Below, one piece after another: positions 25,003 through 33,021 of a stretch of DNA of 33,021 nt; the first letter of the stretch is position 1; each line of letters opens with the position of its first letter. Both the position numbers and the translations under genes were made by a program. The DNA comes from Octopus bimaculoides. Its lineage: Eukaryota. The notes under the pieces are model-generated. The model was given only the letters and a program-made list of their open reading frames with translations, did no database searches and had not been told where the DNA came from. The stretch spans positions 16,076,877 through 16,109,897 of the forward strand of contig NC_068991.1 in assembly GCF_001194135.2 (NCBI RefSeq). Reading direction: 5' to 3'.

Positions 25003-25370
25003 AGAAGAAGTTTTTCATGAACCATGTGGCTTATTGGAGTTATTTTATTCACCCTGCATCTGGTTAAATGTCTAGATTTCAAATTCTTTGATGTGTGAAT
25101 ATTTTCAATTTTGATACCTCTTCCCCTTCTCCACACACTTGTCAGGTTTGGGAACTTTTCATCAGTTCCAAAACATGTTAGAAATTTAGAATTTTCCTCA
25201 CCAGAAATGTATTAGAATGGAATTTTTTTTTTTTGCAGTGATGAAACACGAAAATGTTGTTGATATATAAATGTTTGAAATGTATTCTATTTTTTTTTTT
25301 ACTTTTTGTATTTTTAATGATTTTCTTTTTATTTATTTGTTTATTACTACTTCTAGTACTACTACTACAT

Positions 25371-25571
25371 GACGTTTCGTCTGTCTTAACGTTCTGAGTT
25401 CAAATTCTGCCGAGGTCAGCTTTACCTTTCATCCTTTCAGGGTCGATGAAATAAGTACCAGTGAAACATTGGGGGCCGATGTAATCAACTAATCCCCTCC
25501 CCCCAAAATTTCAGGCCTTGTGCCTTTAGTAGAAAGAATTATTATCATCATCATCATTATCATTATCATCA

Positions 25572-25632
<61 letters not shown>

Positions 25633-25850
25633 GGCGGTGAGCTGACAGAATCATTAGCATGATGGATGGAATGCTTAGTGGTATTCTGCCCATCGCTATG
25701 TTCTGAGTTCAAATTCTGCCAAGGTCGACTTTGCCTTTCATCCTTTCATGGACAATAAATTAAGTACCAGTGAAACATTGGAGTCAATGTTATCAACTAA
25801 TCCCCTCCCCCAAAATTTCAGGCCTTGTGCCTTTAGTAGAAAGGATTATT

Positions 25851-25890
<40 letters not shown>

Positions 25891-26140
25891 CCATTATTAT
25901 CATTATAATTATTCTCATTATTATAAAGGTGGCAAGCTGGCAGAATCGTTAGCATGGTGGGTAAAATTCTTAGTGGCATTTTGTCTGTCCTTAATGTCCT
26001 GAGTTCAAATTCCACTGAGGTCGACTTTGCTTTCATCATTTCGGGGTTGATGAAATAAGTACCAGTTATATTCTGGAGTCGATGTAATCAACTTACCCCC
26101 TTCCCCAAAATTCGAGGCCTTGTGCCTATAGTAGAAAGGA
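25371..26140 (+). mobile_element. Three head-to-tail family B SINEs (about 25371-25536, 25633-25844, 25928-26140) separated by (ATT/ATC)n tracts
   Basis: Repeated ttctgagttcaaattc...aggccttgtgcct(t/a)tagtagaaag blocks. Confidence 0.87.
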
Positions 26141-26339
26141 CTTTACTATTCTCATTGGTAAAAACGGTAGAGCTTTAATCAAGTACCTGTAGAACAGGTG
26201 GGAGGGCTCATACTTTTGGTGGTCAAGGTAATCCTGGATCTGAGGGATTCCTTGATTGGCCCTAGTTGGAGTTTCTCCTGTATCAGAAGGATTACATCAT
26301 TCATGTTATTACATACTTTGTATGCTATGTATACTATTA

Positions 26340-26457
26340 TCGCTTGTCACTGTCTTTTCCATTTCTTTCTCTCCATCCTTTATGTAAGTCTGACACAAAT
26401 TGTTGTCTGTCCTTGTGATGTCCCCCTCATCTATGCTCCTGTGACTAATAAAAAAAT
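26340..26457 (+). mobile_element. Probable 3' terminus of a non-LTR retrotransposon (Tx1/L1-like)
   Basis: Pyrimidine-rich UTR ending in ctaataaaaaaa. It resembles recalled Octopus LINE 3' ends and was not verified by search. Confidence 0.4.
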
Positions 26458-26468
26458 TATAATTATTA

Positions 26469-26795
26469 TAAAGAATAAAAGTTTAGAATGGTACAACAAT
26501 ACACTATAGAACAAAAAATGAACTGTATACCTGTTGTAATTTGGTTATCTATAGTCCGATGATATTTCGGAATTACAATTCCTTCTTCGGATTTTCTTAG
26601 CTGGAGTCTCTGCTATAAACAGATATTCTTAGCTGGAGTCTCTGTTTATAGCAGAGACTCCAGCTAAGAAGATCCGAAGAAGGAATTGTAATTCCGAAAT
26701 ATCATGGGACTATAGATAACCAAATTACAACAGGTATATAGTCCATTTTTTGTTTTATAGTGCATTGTTGTACCATTCTAAACTTTTATTCTTTA
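26469..26795. repeat. 327-bp near-perfect palindrome (two 155-bp arms, 17-nt spacer), possibly Penelope-like terminal repeats
   Basis: 26469-26623 is the reverse complement of 26641-26795 with about 6 mismatches by manual comparison. Confidence 0.92.
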
Positions 26796-26906
26796 CAAAC
26801 AATACACAATGCTTCAAGCGAACTACAATATTCTCTTATAATTATTATTTTTGTTGCTGTTATTATTAATGATCTTTTTATTTATATTTTTTTGATTCTT
26901 TTACAG

Positions 26907-27073
26907 ACTCGTTGGATATTGTCACAAGACAAAACCACCTTTACCGAACAAACCACGCCCTCCTCTTCCAGCGAAACCAAACATATTACTTTCTCACGTC
27001 AATCCACTAACATCAAAAAGAAACAGTGGAGAATTAGCATCAACCAATCAAAGAATTATATTAGATTCTTCAG
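26907..27073 (+). CDS. Probable upstream coding exon of the FGD6-like gene (LVGYCHKTKPPLPNKPRPPLPAKPNILL...IILDSSG)
   Basis: Acceptor ttcttttacag|A and donor CAG|gtaatt, 167 nt. The phase 2 to phase 1 frame is open, Pro-rich like the next exon, and joins 27719 in frame (G|GT). Confidence 0.7.
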
Positions 27074-27182
27074 GTAATTTTCTCTTGTCTCTCTCTCTCT
27101 CTCAGACCATTTTGTAACTTTTACATGGTGGCCCTTGACAACCATGGGGTTGTGATGAAAAGGTCCACAGGATCCCTTAGAA

Positions 27183-27270
27183 CAGGGTTCCCCAATCAGC
27201 AGGTCACAAACAGACCAATACCACACCGTGGATCGTTTGGTATCAAGCCGTACAGAAAGAATAAATTCTT
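27183..27270 (+). mobile_element. hAT-Charlie-like 5' terminal fragment
   Basis: CAGGGTTCCCCAA...GACCAATACCACACCGTGGATCGTTTGGTATCAAGCCGTACAG resembles MER1/Charlie3-type left ends as recalled. No right TIR was found. Confidence 0.45.
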
Positions 27271-27533
27271 TGATTTTATTTCTATTTCATTGACTATTTC
27301 AGTCTGTAAGATGTTTGTACATAATATACATGACCACTCTACCACATACATTCATGCACACACACACACACACACACACACATCCATGCACACACACACA
27401 CACACACCCATTCATCCATCCACACACACATCTCTCTCCCAATATTTTTACTCTCTCTCTTTATTGCTGTCTATGTCTTTTTGCCCTTTGTCCTTATCTC
27501 TTTCTATCTTTGTTCTTACAATTCTTTTGCTTA

Positions 27534-27565
<32 letters not shown>

Positions 27566-27718
27566 TTCACTATTTCTCACTTTCATTATCTCTTTCACTT
27601 CTCTAACACAGCCCTTACAAAGACATTTCATGTTAAATTTTTTAAACAACCACGTTTCGGTTGTATTACTTTATTTGTGTTTTGATCTACAGTTTTTTTT
27701 TTTTCAATGATTTTGCAG

Positions 27719-30003
27719 GTAAAGGAAAAGCACCTCCACCACCACCACCACCTTCTTCATCACCATCATCATCCGCATTGCCACCACAGCTACCACCCAA
27801 AGACACATCACCTCCACCTACTCCAAAGAAACCGACAGGAGAAGCTTCCCCTAAAAGTGCCCCCAGTTCAGTAAATTGTACACCAGTGACTGTGAAGAAA
27901 TCATCATTCTCTAAAATTGACATACAGACTAAGATTTTGAATTCCGTTCGCAACAACTCAAACTTCAACCTAGACAGTATCAACATTAACAACAACATTT
28001 CTACCACAACTAATGCTAGTCCAACTTACACTTCCAACGATAACAACAATAACGACAACAACAGTAACATCACAACCTTTGACAATGAGACAGTAAGTGA
28101 AAACAACGAAAAGCTATCATCCCCTAAAACCAACACACAGCAGGGAACTTCCAGAAAAGTCTTCACAAGAGCCAAAAGCACTCCTCCAACCCCTTCACCT
28201 AAGACATTTACTATTAAGGTGGCTTTCAGTGCAGGGAAGAGTTATTCATGTTCTTCAAACATTGCTCAAAGTTCGAACAGTTTCAATAACGATGACAACA
28301 ACAACAATATTGTCCAGAAAATACCAGCCAGTGAACCGAATCCTGTAAATACACCTGCCTTAGACTACCACAGGTCACATAGCATAGAACCCAGGAAAAC
28401 ACCACCACCGCCACCTGTGAAACCAAAGCCCAGACCCAAACCTCGTGAACGCCCCGTGCCAAAACAGCGGGTTTCGTTATTACTGCGACAGAACTCTGTA
28501 GAATCAGTTGATGGCAGCAGTCCAGGGACAACTGCAGACCATCATTCTGATGTCGGTTTAACAAATGAACTGAACAGTAGCAAAAACAGCAACAGCAACT
28601 GCAATGGCAACAGTGGCAGACCAAGCAATGATACCCCAACACAATTAAGTGAAACATCTCCCCTTGCTAATACTTCAGTAAAGAGAGAGTCTCTTTCTAA
28701 TGATATAGAGAGTGTAGATGCATCGCTACGGCAATTCGAGGAATGTGTAAATAATATATTAAAGTCTCAAGAAAACATTGACAGGTTGTCATCTCCGGGA
28801 AGGTCTCGGAGGCAAGCCCCTAAAGTACCCGTTAGAGACTATAAGCTTAGGTCATCTTCTGTAGACAGATACAGTGTGTCTCATTCATACCACAAAAACT
28901 GGTCAGAAACCTCATCAAATTCCTTAGACACTGAGGAGCAGGTGCAATTACCACGTAAAACTCGAGTAAACAATTCTCCCTTTGATCTTCTCGTCTCGAG
29001 TGTCAATGACCCATCTCCTCCAAAACCCCCTGCTCGTCCACCACGCCCTAAACATGAGGAAATCAAGCGATCTCGTAGCAAGTTGACAGCATCCGATATT
29101 CAGTTTATGCATGTTGACTTCACATCTTCTCAACAGGCTCAAGAACTCGGAGCACCTACATTAACAAGACAGAAATCTGAGTCACGTAAAACTTGTCCAC
29201 CAAAGCCTCTGCGTAAAAATCTACGGCGGTGCCGTTCTGACGCTGCAGATCACCGCAGCAAAGATAATGACATAGAAAGTAGTCGAAGTCGAAAGCTCAC
29301 TCAACCCTTTCAAAGAGACTCCGAAGACATGTCAATGGCATCGAGCCCTCCAAATAAAATGATCAACCAGCCCGAACCCTCTTCTCCAAACATATCGAAA
29401 AGCCCTGTTCCTGCCCCTCCTCGCAGGTGGTACGGCCGAGAACAGGAACAGACGAAATCACCTCACACGGAAAGTGATGATGCAAACTCAAATTGTGATG
29501 TATCCAATGTTACTGACAAAACCAGTAGCAAAGTCAGTTCTCCTGCTAACCACGATACCACAGAGGCTGACACCATGAACTTTTTCAACTCTCCCAAAAT
29601 ACCTTGCACCTACCCTGCCCCAGTACCAAGAGCCAAATCGAAAGAGCGCAGTCCAACACCACCCCGAGTGCCTCCACGCAATTATAATGAGAACGAGGTG
29701 GCAGACGAAACCAACACTGACAACGATGAGGTATTTATATCTAGCAAACAGTGCAATGACTCTTCAAAAGAAAAACCTTCAGAAACCAATAAAAACTCTT
29801 CAGATAATTCTCTTAAAACTGACGCTGATATGTACAGCAGCAATGATAACATCAACAAGAGCCCCACCTTTAAGCACGATCGACCATTGAGTTCGATCAG
29901 TCAAATAAGTTTGCCTTCAGACAGTGGTTCGGGAAGTGCTGAAATGCAAAATACCAATTCCATTCTTAGTTCGGGGACTGATTCCTCTGAAGAAGAAGAA
30001 GCA
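27719..30003 (+). CDS. FGD6: FGD6-like RhoGEF, giant exon encoding the disordered Pro/Ser/Asn-rich N-terminal region (about 761 codons)
   Basis: Stop-free frame within ORF 27661-30057. Acceptor ttttgcag|GT at 27718/27719 (phase 1) and donor GCA|gtaagt at 30003/30004 (phase 0). Splices in frame to the DH exon at 30603. Confidence 0.85.
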
Positions 30004-30004
30004 G

Positions 30005-30124
30005 TAAGTTACTCTAATATACTACTAATACTAATTAAGTTAAATAAGTTACTCTAATATACTACTAATACTAATTAAGTTAAATAAGTTACTCTAATAT
30101 ACTACTAATACTAATTAAGTTAAA
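30005..30124 (+). repeat. Perfect 3 x 40-bp tandem repeat starting inside the splice donor
   Basis: Unit TAAGTTACTCTAATATACTACTAATACTAATTAAGTTAAA at 30005, 30045 and 30085. Confidence 0.95.
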
Positions 30125-30602
30125 TAAAGTTATTAATATACCTCTAAAAAAAAAAAAACGAAACACTATTACTCGTGATCTTACTGACATAGAACATATT
30201 TGTCTTAGTAATTTTCTTACTAATATACCAGTTTCAAATTTTGGCACAAGGCCGGCAATTACATTGGTCCCAGTGCTCAACTGATACAGCCAACGTTGGT
30301 ATGTTTATGTCCCTGTAACTTAGCAAACTGATTTTCTTCATTTTTCTTTTGTACTTTATTGTTACCACTTTGTTTTAAATTTATATTTTATTTTTATTTT
30401 TTTTTAAATTACATCATTTTCAAATATCTTGTCAGCTCTCTTTTTCGCCCTTTCTCTCCTCTCTCTGCCCCTCTGTCTCGCTCTCTCTCTCCTCTCTCTT
30501 CTTCCCACTCTGTTGCTCTCTCTCCCAAATTCTCTCTCCTCCCACTCTCTATCTCTCTGTTCATTTCATCTTATGTCTGTTCTATCTATTATCCTGTTGC
30601 AG

Positions 30603-30698
30603 AAGAGTGACCGAAGTGCTAAGAAAGTCTACTATATTGCAGAAGAAATTATGTCGTCAGAGAAAATTTTTGTCCGTATTCTTCGTCTCATCAATGTG
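30603..30698 (+). CDS. FGD6: FGD6-like RhoGEF exon, start of DH domain (KSDRSAKKVYYIAEEIMSSEKIFVRILRLINV)
   Basis: Pyrimidine tract plus ttgcag acceptor and GTG|gtaaga donor, 96 nt, phase 0/0. The peptide closely resembles the vertebrate FGD6 DH start as recalled (KVHHIAKEIMSSEKVFVDVLKLLHI). Confidence 0.92.
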
Positions 30699-31229
30699 GT
30701 AAGAGGCCTCATTTTGTTTGTCAATTTATATTTTATTTCCCTCTCCTCTTCCATTTCTTTCTCTGGCATAATTCTTTTGTCTTTTTTCACATACCCGATT
30801 TCTCTCTCTCTCTCTCTAATAAAAGTTATAATACTAATAATAATGGTTCCAAATTCTGGCGCAAGGCTAATTTTATGATAGTGGGTAAGTCAATTACATC
30901 GACCCCAGTGCATAATTAAATTACCATTCTGAATATTTGTTGAGCTAGGATCCTTTATTCCTGGTTCAACAGATATTCCTGTAGAACTCACTATCCATTT
31001 TCATCAGCTTTTCTATGGCAGCTCAAATCTCTTTCTTAACCTGATTTTCTAATCTTGCTTATATTTGATATCCAGCCAATCAAAATAATCTATTCTTGAC
31101 ACATGACTCCACTCGCTCCACCCCACTTTCATTTTTATTTTTCCCTACTCTCGCAACAAGAATCTTATTCTTGAAATGGTGATTTATTTTTTGTCATTTA
31201 ACTCTTGGAATCTGTTCCTCTTACTTCAG

Positions 31230-31381
31230 GATTTCCGCTTGGCAGTGTCAAATGCTACAGAAAAGGCTGGACGTACAGTTATTCCAACCGATGTCTTGAA
31301 TCGGATTTTGAATTTCCTCCCACAGCTACAGAATTTTAATGAAGATTTGCTCAGTGACCTTGAAAACAGATTAAAGAACTG
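31230..31381 (+). CDS. FGD6: FGD6-like RhoGEF exon, DH domain (DFRLAVSNATEKAGRTVIPTDVLNRILNFLPQLQNFNEDLLSDLENRLKNW)
   Basis: Acceptor ttacttcag|GAT and donor TG|gtaaac (phase 2). Collinear with FGD6 as recalled (DFRDAVAHA...ILNQILYYLPQLYELNRDLLKELEERMLHW). The gene continues beyond the window. Confidence 0.92.
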
Positions 31382-31404
31382 GTAAACTACCTTAATTGTT
31401 CGTG

Positions 31405-31655
31405 CCACTGTGAGTGAGAGAATGAGTGGTGTGGGAGAGTGAGTGACTGATTGACAAACGGAAAACTTCCATTTGTGTGGTGTATGAGTGAGAAGTTAGA
31501 GAGTGAGTAACGAGTTAGCAATGGAGTAAGGAGTAAGAGAGTGAGTGAGGAGCAAGCAGTTGAGTGAGAAGTCAGAGAGTGAGTGAAACATTAGAAATGG
31601 AATGAAGAGTGAGTGAGTGAGATGTTAGCAATTGAGCAAGGAGTTAATGAGTGAA
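31405..31655. repeat. Degenerate (GAGT)-rich low-complexity tract
   Basis: Recurring tgagtgag and gttagcaat(g/t)gag blocks. Confidence 0.7.
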
Positions 31656-31716
31656 AATATATCCGTAACAATACATGGAGTCAATTATATTTCACTCAAA
31701 GTATATAAACAGAATA

Positions 31717-32080
31717 CATCATCATCATCATCATCGTCGTCGTTTAACATCCGCTTTCCATGCTAGCAGGGGTTGGACGATTTGACTGAGGACTGGTGAA
31801 ACCAGATGGCTACACCAGGCTCCAATCTGATTTGGCAGAGTTTCTACAGCTGGAAGCCCTTCCTAACGCCAACCACTCTGAGAGTGTAGTGGGTGCTTTT
31901 ACGTGCCACCGGCATGAGGGCCAGTCAGGTGGTACTGACAACGGCCACGCTCAAAATGGTGTATTTTATGTGCCACCCGCACAAGAGCCAGTCCAGGGGC
32001 ACTGGCAACGATCTCGCTCGAAAGTCCTTACACATGCCACAGGCACAAGTGCCAGAAAGGCGACGCTGGGCACAGGTGCC
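31717..32080 (-). mobile_element. Family D retroposon
   Basis: Collinear with 17080-17435 and ends at the same ctgggcacaggtgcc position. Confidence 0.85.
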
Positions 32081-32397
32081 GTGATCTGGTGGTTGGGATG
32101 TTAGGTTCATGATCATAAGGATGTTGGTTCCATTCCTGGATCAAGTGGCATGTTGTGTCCTTAAACAAGGTACTTCATTTCATGCTGCTCCAGTTACCGC
32201 AGTTGAAAATGAGTACCAGCTGAATATCAGTGTAGCTTTGTCTCCTTGCTTCTGTTATGTCCCAGATGTCCTACTGGTGCAAGGTTGGGAGGGCCAAAAA
32301 GGGTTGTCTGTGTCTGTTATGACTAAATAGACACCTGGAATAGTTAGTCAAAGCCTGGTACATACTTGCATAAGAGTGATGGCTTTGGTTCTTTTTC

Positions 32398-32765
32398 TGT
32401 GCAGTTGTGGTTGTGTGGGGAAGAAGCATGCTTCTTCTCAACTCTGTGGTCTCAGGTTCAGTACCACTATGCAGCACCGTGGGCAAGTGCCTTCTACTAT
32501 AGCTCCAAGTCAACCAAAGCCTTGTGAGTGGAATATGTGGATATGGTAGACAGAAACTGAAAGAAGCCTATTGCATGTGTGTATTTGTGTGTAGCCTTGC
32601 CTTGACATGATGGTTGTGAACGAGCATCACCATCATACAAGCAATGTTGTTCATTTCCTGTCTTTCATAAAAACCGTCTAATCATGGGGAAAATATTACC
32701 TTGTTTCAAAATTGGTGAGGGTTGACTACGGGAAGGACATTTTGCCATAGAAAATCTTCCCCCAA
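32398..32765 (+). mobile_element. SINE family A variant (A2 body), diverged
   Basis: Head gtggttgtgtgg...ggttcagtacc and body ttgacatgatggttgtgaacgagcatcacc...catggggaaaatattacc. Confidence 0.75.
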
Positions 32766-32813
32766 ATTTCCGTCTGATCTATGCAAGTATATATATATAT
32801 ACATATATGCAAG

Positions 32814-32849
<36 letters not shown>

Positions 32850-33021
32850 AGAATTTAAGGATTGGAGAAAACGCATGTTATAATTGCATACTTTATTCCT
32901 ACATATGTTTCAAAGAACTAAACCACAGTTATTTTGTGTTCTTTGCTACATTGGTTTCTATTAACCCATTTATTCTATCAGAAGAATTTTTATTCATTAA
33001 GATAGAAGAAATACACATAAT

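Noticed and set aside
26760-27077. 105-aa ORF as the coding frame
   Set aside because: It starts in the palindrome and AT-rich intron, and its frame would exit the exon in phase 2, incompatible with the phase-1 acceptor at 27719. The Pro-rich frame fits.
27661-27718. TTG start and N-terminus of the 798-aa ORF, and its C-terminal VSYSNILLILIKLNKLL (30004-30057)
   Set aside because: These segments are polypyrimidine tract and post-donor intron read in frame.

Overview
Eukaryotic, AT-rich, microsatellite-dense genomic DNA with six assembly gaps (4219-4596, 5646-5668, 12514-12945, 18536-19308, 22844-23358, 23955-23964). The SINE and RTE repeat landscape points to an Octopus draft genome; this is an inference from recalled repeat sequences. 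One protein-coding gene is supported on the + strand: the 5' part of an FGD6-like RhoGEF (FYVE/RhoGEF/PH family). Its firm exons are a 2285-bp Pro/Ser-rich exon (27719-30003) and two DH-domain exons (30603-30698, 31230-31381). Two further phase-compatible upstream exons (13709-13775, 26907-27073) are not shown by the ORF track. The start codon and the 3' part of the gene are not seen. The remaining sequence is intronic or upstream and filled with tRNA-derived SINEs, (GAT)n-tailed retroposons, decayed LINEs, hAT elements and satellites. Almost all other listed ORFs are microsatellite or N artefacts. No clearly novel system is demonstrable from sequence alone. The best leads are: a 327-bp palindrome carrying hammerhead-like, Penelope-type motifs just upstream of an exon; a triplicated 40-mer loaded with ACUAAU (QKI/STAR-type) motifs directly at the donor of the giant exon; several close inverted repeats that could form intronic dsRNA (possible ADAR substrates); and latent exons in antisense SINEs.
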